Source: Thermoplasmata archaeon
GTDB lineage: Archaea > Thermoplasmatota > JAKEGO01
DNA: 34,277 bases
NCBI GenBank assembly: GCA_022615805.1
Contig: JAKEGO010000152.1
Span: forward strand, 1-34,277
Direction: 5' to 3'
Part shown: positions 7,709 to 16,325 of the stretch, piece by piece
Layout of the letters: every line of letters begins with the position of its first letter
Numbering within the stretch: position 1 is the first letter of the stretch
Translations under genes and position numbers: made by a program
Notes under the pieces: model-generated
Databases searched by the model: none
What the model saw: the letters and a program-made list of their open reading frames with translations, nothing else
What the model was told of the DNA's origin: nothing

Positions 7709-8160
7709 CACCGGTGGACGATTCCGGGGTATCGGCGGAGATAGGCTACGTCTACACGTTCATCATCTCCTCGATGCTCCTGACCAGCATGACGCTCCTC
7801 ACGACCGACATGGTCAACGATTCCAGCCGCGCCTCCCTCCGGATGATGCTGAGGGACATGGCGAACCACATCGAGGAGCACATCGGCGAGGTCGCCAGCC
7901 ATGGCGCCATGGTCCCCAACTCGACCTTCGAGAGGCTTGTGACCCTCCAGCCCGCCGGGTTCGAGTTCTCCTACAGCGTTTCAGCTACGGACCACCTGCT
8001 GTACGTCAATTCCACCTACCAGGGCGTCAGGGTCCTCAAACCGCTATCCAATCCCGGGGACCTGGACATCAGGGGCACGGTCTCGAGCAGCGCGAGGGCG
8101 ATGAGCATCGTGTACTCGCAGATCAACGGCACCGGCGCGGTGCGCATCATGACCGACTGA
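7705..8160 (+). CDS. second archaeal pilin-like protein (short; N-terminal hydrophobic pilin-type segment)
   Basis: GTG 7705 overlaps the upstream TGA (GTGTGA). 'VTPVDDSGVSAEIGYVYTFIISSMLLTSMTLLTTD' resembles the 'GVSxxIGyvlxF' N-termini of archaeal pilin-like DUF families. GTG 7714 is an alternative start. Confidence 0.55.
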   Translation: MTPVDDSGVSAEIGYVYTFIISSMLLTSMTLLTTDMVNDSSRASLRMMLRDMANHIEEHIGEVASHGAMVPNSTFERLVTLQPAGFEFSYSVSATDHLLYVNSTYQGVRVLKPLSNPGDLDIRGTVSSSARAMSIVYSQINGTGAVRIMTD

Positions 8161-8208
8161 GGCCATGCCGGGCGGCCGACGCGCGATGGCCGCAGGAGGG
8201 CTCCCGAA

Positions 8209-8218
8209 TTTTCCCTTT
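8209..8218 (+). terminator. T-rich tract (TTTTCCCTTT) after a GGCCAT...ATGGCC hairpin; candidate terminator of the pilin-like pair
   Basis: The hairpin arms GGCCAT (8161-8166) and ATGGCC (8186-8191) are followed by a T-rich run. Confidence 0.35.
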
Positions 8219-8348
8219 GACATAGATCGACGGCAGGCCCACCTCATCCTCCAAACTGCGATCCGCGGTGTGAACCCGCACCGCCTTTCGAGGGCGCATT
8301 CCGAGCTGGAATGCCCAAGGCAGACCCGGGCCCAACTCCAGTGGAAAT

Positions 8349-8380
8349 GGTGGTCACGTGCCAGCGTGGTGGTCACCACC
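8349..8380 (+). promoter_or_regulatory. direct repeat GGTGGTCAC x2, the second forming the palindrome GGTGGT-C-ACCACC, abutting the TATA box; candidate operator
   Basis: GGTGGTCAC occurs at 8349-8357 and 8368-8376. Positions 8368-8380 form a perfect 6+1+6 inverted repeat that ends 7 nt before the TATA element. Confidence 0.4.
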
Positions 8381-8387
8381 ATATACC

Positions 8388-8396
8388 TTTATAAAT
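8388..8396 (+). promoter_or_regulatory. TATA box (TTTATAAAT) of the DUF4350-MoxR-DUF58 operon
   Basis: Consensus-like archaeal TATA about 40 nt upstream of ATG 8433, followed by the SD-like GAGGAAGTG. Confidence 0.6.
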
Positions 8397-8432
8397 CGAC
8401 GTTCGCTAATCAACAACGGCGAGGAAGTGGCG

Positions 8433-9647
8433 ATGAAGGGCGACGTTGTAGGCGTGGTTCTGCTCGCAGCGTGCATAGTATTACTCGCGTTCGTATATCC
8501 GATGGCGCTGGATGAGCTCACGCAGCGGTCGGGCAGGGAATCGAACCTCTCGGCCTATTCCAACGGGTGGAACGACGTGTCGATGTTCAGGAAGGCCCTT
8601 GAGGATGAGGGCTTCGAGACCCACGGCGTCGTGGCGACCGCTGGGATCCTCAAGGAGGTCGAGGAGCCGGAGAGGACCCTTCTCGTCATCGTGGGCGTGG
8701 AGACCAGGTACAGCTACCGCGACACCCTGGCGATCGAGGGTTTCATCGATGCCGGCGGGTCCATGATAATCGCCGACGACGGCGGCTATGCCGACGACCT
8801 CGCCAGGAAGTTCGACGTCTCGTTCTACCGGTACGACATGTGGGACCCGAACTTCATCCACAACACCTCCTTCCTCAACATCACGGTCACGCTTCCGGAC
8901 GAGGCGGGTGACCCGAAGCCCTACGAGGTCCTCCTGAACAGGCCGACCGCGCTGGACTCGAAGGACCAGGGCACACCCCTCGGGATGACGACCGACGAGA
9001 GCTACCTCGACAGCTCCAAGCCGTACAACTACATCGATACCGGGGACATCCGCGGGCCATTCGAGGTGGTCACCCTGAAGGGGCGGATGGTCTTCATCGG
9101 GGACTCGAGCATATTCATCAACGACATGTGGGACAAGCTGGACAACGCCGATTTCAGCGTCTCCCTCGTGGAGTTCCTGCTTCCCGAGGGCGGGGTCGTC
9201 CTCTTCGACGAGAGCACCCATCTTCCCAGCGACCTCAGCGAAGGGTTCTACAGGACCATCGCCGCGACCTTCGTCTTCGTGTTCGGGGACCTCTGGACCG
9301 GGCTCTTCGTCACCGCCGGGATAACAACGATGCTGGTAGTCGCCTCGACGGTGGTGAGGGACCCGCGCCTGTGGCACCACAGGCTGGGCATCAGGGAGAG
9401 GACGTCCGGGAACCTCACGTTCATGGAGTCGAACTTCAAGGGAAAGGGCCAGGACCTGAAGGACCGGCTCCGCTCCAACGCTTATGACCTCATCTCCGTG
9501 CGGTCCGGGATGAGGCCGGACGAGTTCGCCGCGATATCCGACAAGCGTCTGCAGACGCTCGTAGCTGACGACAGGCTCTACGAGTTCCTGAAGGGCGGGG
9601 ACCTTTCCCCGGAAGAGATCTTCGAACGACTTGGCAGGTGGTTGTGA
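8433..9647 (+). CDS. DUF4350-like membrane-anchored protein (N- and C-terminal TM helices flanking an extracytoplasmic domain)
   Basis: An N-terminal TM helix ('VVGVVLLAACIVLLAFVY') is followed by 'SAYSNGWNDVSMFRKALEDEGFET....LLVIVGVE..Y......IEGFIDAGGSMIIADD', the signature I associate with DUF4350. The C-terminal TM region is 'FVFVFGDLWTGLFVTAGITTMLVVAS'. Its position upstream of MoxR/DUF58 is the usual context. Confidence 0.65.
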   Translation: MKGDVVGVVLLAACIVLLAFVYPMALDELTQRSGRESNLSAYSNGWNDVSMFRKALEDEGFETHGVVATAGILKEVEEPERTLLVIVGVETRYSYRDTLAIEGFIDAGGSMIIADDGGYADDLARKFDVSFYRYDMWDPNFIHNTSFLNITVTLPDEAGDPKPYEVLLNRPTALDSKDQGTPLGMTTDESYLDSSKPYNYIDTGDIRGPFEVVTLKGRMVFIGDSSIFINDMWDKLDNADFSVSLVEFLLPEGGVVLFDESTHLPSDLSEGFYRTIAATFVFVFGDLWTGLFVTAGITTMLVVASTVVRDPRLWHHRLGIRERTSGNLTFMESNFKGKGQDLKDRLRSNAYDLISVRSGMRPDEFAAISDKRLQTLVADDRLYEFLKGGDLSPEEIFERLGRWL

Positions 9648-11152
9648 TGGTTGAGGAGAAGGATTTCGAGGAGATACCAGGGCAGATACACGAACTGAAC
9701 GCGCTCATGAAGAAGCTCGACAGGCTCACCGGCGAGCAGGACGAGCCCATCGAGGCCTCCCAGATCCCCTTCGCCGATCCGTTTATCGACGCCTCCGGAA
9801 GGGGAGAGAACGAGGAGGGGGGCATCGGCGACCCGCTGGTCGAGGATGGCTCCGGGGACGAAGCGGACGTCCAGGCACCTCCCCTTCGCCCGACCCCCCC
9901 TGGGTACGTCGAGGAGGAGGGATACTACCCATCGGGCGACACCAAGCCGATATGGGAGCACGTCGCCGAGGAGGAGGAGCGCCCCAGGCGCGCCCTCCGG
10001 CCCCGGAAGGCAAAGGGGGCCGCGAGCGCGCCTGCCCCCCGCCCGAGGCAGGTGGCCCCCGGGACCGCCCGTCCCCACCCCCAGGCCCAGCGCCAGCCGC
10101 GCAAGGCCGTCGAGGGCCGGCCGGCGGCCGAGCCGGTCGCCCCCATCAAGGTGACCCGGGAGGGCGCAGCCCCTATGGACCTCACGCCCGAACAGATCGG
10201 CCGCTACGTCGAGATGGTCGAGAAGGTCTCCGGGCTGATACTCGACGAGGTGGGGAAGACGATACTGGGCAAGGAGTACGTCCTGAAGATCGTCATGACC
10301 TCCATCCTGGCGGACGGCCACATACTCTTCGAGGACTACCCCGGGCTTGCCAAGACGCTCCTGGCCAACACCTTCGCCAAGACGCTCGGGTGCAAGTTCA
10401 GGAGGTCGCAATTCACCCCCGACCTGCTGCCGTCCGACATCACCGGGACGTTCATCTTCCATGAGCGCGAGGCCGAATTCAAGTTCCGCGAGGGTCCGGT
10501 CTTCACGAACATCCTGCTCTCCGACGAGATAAACAGGTCTCCGCCCAAGACCCAGGCCGCGCTCCTCGAGGCGATGCAGGAACATCAGGTGACGCTGGAG
10601 GGCCAGACCATGCCGCTGCCGCGCCCGTTCATCGTGCTGGCGACCCAGAATCCCATCGAGTACGAGGGCACTTACTCGCTCCCAGAGGCGCAGCTCGACA
10701 GGTTCCTCATCCGCATGGGCATCGGCTATCCGAGCGAGGAGATCGAGAGGAGCATCCTCAAGAAAAGGATGGAGCGGCGCCAGGACGAGACGGAGGTCAA
10801 GCGGGTGGCCAGCCCGGACACGATAATCAAGATGCAGAAGATCGTCGAGCTGGTCTATGTCAGCGACCCTGTCATCGAGTACATCGTCTCCCTCGTCCGG
10901 GCGACACGCGACGACCCGCGGACCATGGTGGGCTCGAGCCCCCGCGGCTCGCTCTCGATATTCAAGCTCTCCAGGGCGTGGGCCGCGCTCGACGGCCGGG
11001 ACTTCGTCATCCCAGACGACGTGAAGGAGGTCGCGCTCCACGCGCTGAACCACAGGATAATCCTCAACCCAGAGCCGCGCATCATGGGCGTGAAGCCCGA
11101 GGACGTGATCCAGGACATCATAGCGGAGATACCGGTGCCCGTGGTGGAATGA
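9647..11152 (+). CDS. MoxR-family AAA+ ATPase with ~176-aa N-terminal acidic/Pro-Arg-rich extension
   Basis: The core 'ADGHILFEDYPGLAKTLLANTFAK...FRRSQFTPDLLPSDITG...ILLSDEINRSPPKTQAALLEAMQE.QVT....PFIVLATQNPIEYEGTY.LPEAQLDRF' contains the MoxR Walker A/B motifs, sensor and arginine finger. ATG 9647 overlaps the upstream stop (TGATG). An internal ATG at 10175 with GGGAGGG upstream is an alternative start. Confidence 0.85.
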   Translation: MVEEKDFEEIPGQIHELNALMKKLDRLTGEQDEPIEASQIPFADPFIDASGRGENEEGGIGDPLVEDGSGDEADVQAPPLRPTPPGYVEEEGYYPSGDTKPIWEHVAEEEERPRRALRPRKAKGAASAPAPRPRQVAPGTARPHPQAQRQPRKAVEGRPAAEPVAPIKVTREGAAPMDLTPEQIGRYVEMVEKVSGLILDEVGKTILGKEYVLKIVMTSILADGHILFEDYPGLAKTLLANTFAKTLGCKFRRSQFTPDLLPSDITGTFIFHEREAEFKFREGPVFTNILLSDEINRSPPKTQAALLEAMQEHQVTLEGQTMPLPRPFIVLATQNPIEYEGTYSLPEAQLDRFLIRMGIGYPSEEIERSILKKRMERRQDETEVKRVASPDTIIKMQKIVELVYVSDPVIEYIVSLVRATRDDPRTMVGSSPRGSLSIFKLSRAWAALDGRDFVIPDDVKEVALHALNHRIILNPEPRIMGVKPEDVIQDIIAEIPVPVVE

Positions 11153-11153
11153 G

Positions 11154-12404
11154 ATGTGGACGCTGAAGAGCGCGCTGCTCGTTGACGCCGGAGCTATACT
11201 GCTCCTCCTCGGCCTCGTGTTCCGCAACTACCAGGCCATAGTGCTTGCGCTGACGCTCCTGTCGTTCGTCATCATCGTGGGCTACAAGACCGTCAACGTC
11301 CGGCTCGACGCCCAGCGGACCATCTCCACCGAGAAGTCCTTCGAGGGGAGCATCGTCGAGGTCCGGCTGAGGATCAAGAACCTCGGCCGGAAGATCGAGT
11401 TCCTTGAGATCATCGACGACGTGCCGCCGACCATGGAGATCGTGGACGGGAGCAACTACCTCCTTATGACCCTGGCCAGGGGCGAGCAGTTCGTCATGAA
11501 GTACTCGTTCAAGTGCCACCTGCGCGGGCACTACAGCCTCGGCCCCGTGCGCCTGAGGAGCAGGCCCCTCTTCGGGATGTTCTACAACGAATCTACGGTC
11601 GATATACTGTCGCCGATAACGGTCCTCCCGAGGATCGACGACCTCTCCGGCGTCCAGATCAAGACGAAGTTCCCGAAGATCTTCCCCGGCGCCCTCTCCG
11701 TCCGCCAGCTCGGTGCCGGTACCGAGTTCTATTCCATACGCGAGTACGTCCGCGGCGACGAACTCAAGAAGGTCAACTGGAAGGCCTACGCCAGGACCGG
11801 AAAGATGATGGTCAACGAGTACGACAGGGAGAACGTCTCCGACGTCATGATCGTCCTCGACAGCAGGGAGACGGAGGGCGTCGGCACGAGGCTGGAGAAC
11901 CCCCTCGCCCACGGCGCCAGGGCCGCGGCGACCCTCGCCAGCTATTACCTGGGCCGGCGGGACAGCGTTGGCGTCGCCGTGTACACCGACACCCTGCGGA
12001 TAGTCCCCATCGATGCGGGCAGCGGACGGCTCTTCAGGCTACTTGACGAGATCGCGGCCGCGGAACCGCGCGGCAACGCGCCCCTCAACGGCGTCGTCGA
12101 CCTCCTCCTCCCCTACATAAGCCCCAACGCGACGGTCGTCGTGATATCCACGCTGAACAACGACCTGACGGTACGTGAGGCGCTGAGGAAGCTCTGCGCC
12201 CACCACTTCGACCTCATCGTCCTTTCCCCCTCCCAGGTGGACTTCGAGAGGGCGGCCATGGAGATCGCGGAGGACGAGATGTTCCGGACCCTGAAGCTCG
12301 AGCGGACGATCCTCCTATCCGAGGTCCGGAGCTACGGCGCGCGCGTCATAGACTGGTTGCCCGGCACTCCCATGAGGAGGGCACTGACGGGGTTGATGTC
12401 ATGA
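11154..12404 (+). CDS. DUF58 domain protein (vWA-like partner of MoxR) with N-terminal TM hairpin
   Basis: 'FYSIREYVRGDELKKVNWKAYARTGKMMVNEYDRE...MIVLDS' is the DUF58 signature. The N-terminus has two TM helices, followed by an Ig/CARDB-like stretch. The gene starts 1 nt after the MoxR stop. Confidence 0.85.
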   Translation: MWTLKSALLVDAGAILLLLGLVFRNYQAIVLALTLLSFVIIVGYKTVNVRLDAQRTISTEKSFEGSIVEVRLRIKNLGRKIEFLEIIDDVPPTMEIVDGSNYLLMTLARGEQFVMKYSFKCHLRGHYSLGPVRLRSRPLFGMFYNESTVDILSPITVLPRIDDLSGVQIKTKFPKIFPGALSVRQLGAGTEFYSIREYVRGDELKKVNWKAYARTGKMMVNEYDRENVSDVMIVLDSRETEGVGTRLENPLAHGARAAATLASYYLGRRDSVGVAVYTDTLRIVPIDAGSGRLFRLLDEIAAAEPRGNAPLNGVVDLLLPYISPNATVVVISTLNNDLTVREALRKLCAHHFDLIVLSPSQVDFERAAMEIAEDEMFRTLKLERTILLSEVRSYGARVIDWLPGTPMRRALTGLMS

Positions 12405-13222
12405 GCCTCGCTGCCTGGTACAGGGAGGATCGCGACAACGTCTCGACCGCGTTCAGTGACGAGTTCAGGGGGATCACCGCTCTGCAGGTCGTCTCGACCG
12501 CCGCACTCGGCGTCGCCATTTTTCTGAACGCGTACCTCAACGTGTGGGTCTATTACGACGGGTTCGGGCCTTTGGGGATGCCCTTCATCGCCGCGGCGGC
12601 CGCCGTCGCCATCGCCCTCGGCATCATCTGGACGCTGCTCGTCCGCATATCCGGGTACCTCCTCGCGGCCGTGCCATCGGTGGCGTTCGCCCTTCTCGCC
12701 CTGGCCGAGGCAGCGAAAGGCCACTTCGGCGTCTATCTCGGCGTCACGCTCCTGCCCGGAGTCATCGGCGCCTACGGGATATGGCGGCGCGCCTTCCTCC
12801 CCCTGTACATCGGCTTCATAGCGCTCGTCGCCTCCATCTTCGTCTACTCGAACCCCATCGACACGCCCATCGCCCCCGTCTTCGGATTCGCGGCCACAGC
12901 GCTCCTCTACCTGGAGGCCGGCCACATCGCGATAACCTTCACCCGCGTGAAGGCGCGGGTCCTCGAGAACCAGAAGCTCTCGGCGGTGTTCGTCAACCTC
13001 TACCGACGCGTGATACTGCGCTACGGCATCAGCGCCTCGACCGCCCTCCTCCTGACGGTGGCGCTGACGTACGTCCTCGTGGACATGAACTCGCTGTTCG
13101 CGTACGTGGGTTCCGGCCTCGTGGTCCATTCCTTCGAGATGACCTCGTTCACCGGGGTGGTCATATCGGCGACGATCGGCCTGCTGGTCATCTCCCTCGT
13201 CCGGTCGGCCATGCCCCGCTAA
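12401..13222 (+). CDS. polytopic membrane protein (about 7 TM), unknown function, last gene of the MoxR operon
   Basis: An ATGA overlap with the DUF58 stop indicates translational coupling. The sequence is 273 aa of mostly hydrophobic helices. Stop is TAA. No family is recognised. Confidence 0.6.
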   Translation: MSLAAWYREDRDNVSTAFSDEFRGITALQVVSTAALGVAIFLNAYLNVWVYYDGFGPLGMPFIAAAAAVAIALGIIWTLLVRISGYLLAAVPSVAFALLALAEAAKGHFGVYLGVTLLPGVIGAYGIWRRAFLPLYIGFIALVASIFVYSNPIDTPIAPVFGFAATALLYLEAGHIAITFTRVKARVLENQKLSAVFVNLYRRVILRYGISASTALLLTVALTYVLVDMNSLFAYVGSGLVVHSFEMTSFTGVVISATIGLLVISLVRSAMPR

Positions 13223-13301
13223 ACGTTTTATGCCCTGAACAGCATCGGTCCTCCGGTCGGCCGGGCGGCGGGGCACCGCTCCCGGACGCGGACGAGGGTA
13301 C

Positions 13302-14855
13302 ATGATCGAGGCCAGGCGAAGGGACGGAAGGGCGAGGACCTGCGAGGCGGGGGCGTTCGAGACCCCCGCACTGGCGGTGATCGACGACGGCAGCCCGTCG
13401 GCCGCCCGTGTCCTCGAGGTCCTTGGCGAACGTGCCGTGCGCCTCCGGCCGGAGGGCCGCGCCCATTTCGACCTGCGGGCCCGCAGCGCGGGAGAGCCGA
13501 CGCTCGTCCCCGTGGGGGAGGGCCATCTGGCCGCGGCCGGCCTGCCTCCCGCCGGAAGGGACCCTGTCGGATTCATCGCGGCCCTGCTCTCGCTCAGGGA
13601 TGCCGCGGGACCAGGCGCCCTTCTGCACCTGCCGCACGCCGCGACCCCTCACACCGTCCCCCTGCTCGCCTACGCGGGCGCCGACACTTTCGGGCCATGG
13701 GAGGTCTTCCGCGAATGCCTGAGGGGCGGGCGCTTCACGCCGTACGCCCTTGTGGAGGGGCCCGGGAGCCTGGAGGAGGGGCTCTCTCTCCTCGCTGACT
13801 CGCTGGATGGGGCGCGGGCCGCCATCGCCGGCGGCTACCTCCGGGAGATCGTCGAGGCCACCGCCGCCCTCACCACCTTCGGCGCGGCCTCGCTGAGGGC
13901 CATGGACCTCGACCACCGCCCCTTCTTCGAGGCCTACGCCCCGGTCCACCGCCCGCGGGGCATGATGGCCGGGGACCGTTCGCTCACCCGCCCCGAGGTC
14001 GTTAGGTTCCAGGAGCGGGTGATCGAGCGGGTCGAGCTCCCAGCATACGGGGTCCTGCTCCTGCTCCCGTGCTCGGCGCGTAAGCCGTATTCGCGTTCCC
14101 CGAGCCACCGTCGGTTCATCGAGGCGATAGAGCGCGCCGGGGCGGGACGCGCGGTCCAGGAGCTCATCGCGACCTCCCCCCTGGGCCTCGTCCCCCGCGA
14201 GCTCGAGCGGCTCTACCCTGCCAGCTCGTACGATATCCCTGTCACCGGGCACTGGACGGCCGATGAGCGAGAGATGCTGACGTCACTCCTCCACCGTTTC
14301 CTCGAGAGGCATCGGTACGACGCCGTCGTCATGCACCTGCCCGACCACATGGCCTTCCTCCGCGAAGCGGCTCCCGATGCCCTGTGGACCGCCAAGGGTC
14401 CTCCGGGGTCGGCGGGCTCTCTCGATTCCCTGACGTCCGCGCTCGCGTCGATCGCACCCGAGAGGCCCGCCGGCCAGAGGGAGGCGGCCTTCAGGGCCGC
14501 CGTTTCGCTCTTCTTCCCCCGCACCGAATGGCTGGGGCGGTTCCGCGTCAGCGCATACTCCGCCTCGGATGGCGACGTCCTCGTCCGCCTCACCGACAGG
14601 CCGCACCTGACGATGACCGGCGGGGAGCGCCTGATGGCCGCGGGCATCCATCGCGTGTCGATCGACGACTTCATGCCGAGCGGGAGCGTGCTGGCACCCG
14701 GCGTCGTCGGCTGCACGGGCGAGGTCAGGCCGGGCGACGAGGTCGTGGTGGCGTTCGGGGAGGAGCTCAGGGCCGTGGGGACGGCGGCGATGTGCGCGGA
14801 CGAGATGGTGAGGTCCAGGCGCGGCGTCGCGGTCCGGGTGAAGGGGCACGGGTGA
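13302..14855 (+). CDS. arcS: archaeosine synthase alpha subunit-like protein (ArcS; DUF5591 + C-terminal PUA domain)
   Basis: 'LLLLPCSARKPYSRSPSH' matches the PCSxxKPY motif of DUF5591/ArcS. The N-terminus 'RDGRARTCEAGAFETPAL' resembles TGT-family starts. The C-terminal 'GVVGCTGEVRPGDEVVV...ELRAVGTAAMCADEM' is PUA-like. Confidence 0.7.
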   Translation: MIEARRRDGRARTCEAGAFETPALAVIDDGSPSAARVLEVLGERAVRLRPEGRAHFDLRARSAGEPTLVPVGEGHLAAAGLPPAGRDPVGFIAALLSLRDAAGPGALLHLPHAATPHTVPLLAYAGADTFGPWEVFRECLRGGRFTPYALVEGPGSLEEGLSLLADSLDGARAAIAGGYLREIVEATAALTTFGAASLRAMDLDHRPFFEAYAPVHRPRGMMAGDRSLTRPEVVRFQERVIERVELPAYGVLLLLPCSARKPYSRSPSHRRFIEAIERAGAGRAVQELIATSPLGLVPRELERLYPASSYDIPVTGHWTADEREMLTSLLHRFLERHRYDAVVMHLPDHMAFLREAAPDALWTAKGPPGSAGSLDSLTSALASIAPERPAGQREAAFRAAVSLFFPRTEWLGRFRVSAYSASDGDVLVRLTDRPHLTMTGGERLMAAGIHRVSIDDFMPSGSVLAPGVVGCTGEVRPGDEVVVAFGEELRAVGTAAMCADEMVRSRRGVAVRVKGHG

Positions 14856-14859
14856 CGTC

Positions 14860-15699
14860 ATGCGGACGCCTTTCGAGCGCATCAGGGAAGCGCTCACCCT
14901 CCCGGGCGACCTGGCCGCCCTCCTCCCGCGCCGGTGGGAGCTCATCGGCGACGTGCTCCTGCTGAAGTTCGATGACCGTCTTTCTCAGCATTACGCGGAG
15001 ATCGCCAGGGCATATGCCAGCGTCCTCGGGGCCAAGACGGTGCTCAGGGACATGGGTATATCAGGTCGGTTCCGCACGCCGAGCGTCGAGATCCTGATCG
15101 GGACGGAGACCGTCACCTGGCACCGGGAGAACGGTGTGGTCTTCCGGACCGACCCGGCGCGGGTGATGTTCTCGAGCGGGAACATCGACGAGCGAATGAG
15201 GATGGCGACGATCGCCCGGAGGGGCGAGTTCGTCGTGGACATGTTCGCGGGCATAGGCTACTTCATCGCCCCGATGGCCGTCCACTCCGGCGTCGGGGGC
15301 AGGGCCTACGAGCTCAACCCTGTGTCACACGGCCTTCTTCTGGAGACCCTCGAGGCCAATGGGGTCGCCGGGCGCGTCGAGGCCCTCAACGCCGACTGCC
15401 TCACGGCCGAGGAGAGCGTGGCCGACAGGGTCGTGATGGGGTACCTCACCGACACCGAGATGTATCTGGAGAAGGCATTCCGGATCCTCCGCCCGGAGGG
15501 TGGGGTAGTCCACTGTCACACCGCCTGCCCCGTCGAGCTCATCCCGGAGAGGCCGCTCGCCACGGCCGCCGCCGCCGCGCGGCGCGCCGGCGGCGCGCAT
15601 GAGGTGCTCCTCGTCCGCGAGGTCAAATCGTACGCGCCCGGGGTCGATCACATCGTCCTCGACATCGCGTTCAGGGCGCATGTCCCCCGCGACCCGTGA
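14860..15699 (+). CDS. Met-10+/Trm5/Taw2-family SAM-dependent tRNA modification enzyme (tRNA m1G37 methyltransferase or wyosine-pathway Taw2)
   Basis: 'WELIGDVLLLKF', 'VTWHRENGVVFRTDPARVMFSSGNIDER' and 'GEFVVDMFAGIGYFIAPMA' are the Trm5/Taw2 (Met-10+ like) motifs. The ~279 aa size favours Taw2/Trm5a-like. It starts 4 nt after arcS. Confidence 0.75.
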   Translation: MRTPFERIREALTLPGDLAALLPRRWELIGDVLLLKFDDRLSQHYAEIARAYASVLGAKTVLRDMGISGRFRTPSVEILIGTETVTWHRENGVVFRTDPARVMFSSGNIDERMRMATIARRGEFVVDMFAGIGYFIAPMAVHSGVGGRAYELNPVSHGLLLETLEANGVAGRVEALNADCLTAEESVADRVVMGYLTDTEMYLEKAFRILRPEGGVVHCHTACPVELIPERPLATAAAAARRAGGAHEVLLVREVKSYAPGVDHIVLDIAFRAHVPRDP

Positions 15700-15858
15700 C
15701 GGGCCTGCCTCTCCCTCCTTCGTGCATGGATAAAAGCCGGCCTGCTGGACCCTTCTGTCAAAGACCTGTGCGGGACCTGCCAGGCACCTCCCTCCGTTTC
15801 GATGGACGGCGGGTCGGACGGGCGTCAAAGGGGGCCGCGGCAAGGCTCGCCGACCGCG

Positions 15859-16284
15859 TCAGGCCCTCTCGACGAGCACAGCCTTCAGGTCCATGCCCCG
15901 GTGGCACCTCAGCCCCTCCCCGACCTCGATCACCCTGTACTTGCCGGGGATGAAGAACGCGTGGCTGCAGAACTGGTGGTGCTCGCACCCGATGTTCCGG
16001 CATCGGCGCTCCTCGAGGGTGATGATGGTGTTCTCGCTTGCGTGGCGGGACTCCACCGCTGTTCGCGACGGGACCTTGTCCACTTCCACCACGACGACGT
16101 TCTCGTGCAGCTTGCAGTCGTGGGAAATGTCCCTTGTGCGGGCGATGCGGTATCTCTGGCCCGGCTCGAGGCTCATGCATGCGTTCTTTATCTTGCACGT
16201 CTTGCACTCAGGGGTCGGGCCAGTGTAGATGAATTCGTACCCTTCCCGCGCGAGGTTCGAGCTGACCAGCGTCACGAGCGCCAT
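15859..16284 (-). CDS. UPF0179 family protein (archaea-specific, Cys-rich)
   Basis: 141 aa. 'LVSSNLAREGYEFIYTGPTPECKTCKIKNAC.SLEPGQRYRI...R...H.C.LHE..VVVVEV' together with the C-terminal 'C....C....FC' pattern fits UPF0179. Confidence 0.7.
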   Translation of the reverse strand: MALVTLVSSNLAREGYEFIYTGPTPECKTCKIKNACMSLEPGQRYRIARTRDISHDCKLHENVVVVEVDKVPSRTAVESRHASENTIITLEERRCRNIGCEHHQFCSHAFFIPGKYRVIEVGEGLRCHRGMDLKAVLVERA

Positions 16285-16315
16285 CGGGCCACCGTTCCCT
16301 CGATGCCGGACCCCC

Positions 16316-16325
16316 TATTTAAAAC
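16316..16325 (-). promoter_or_regulatory. TATA box (minus-strand TTTTAAATAG) for UPF0179 gene
   Basis: AT-rich element about 35 nt upstream of the minus-strand ATG at 16284. Confidence 0.45.

Noticed and set aside
8481-14252. Minus-strand ORFs of 299, 549, 264, 414 and 354 aa across the DUF4350/MoxR/DUF58/ArcS region
   Set aside because: Each lies antisense to a plus-strand gene with a strong family signature. Their translations are low-complexity (D/E/R/G/P/V-rich), and they have no promoters or start contexts.
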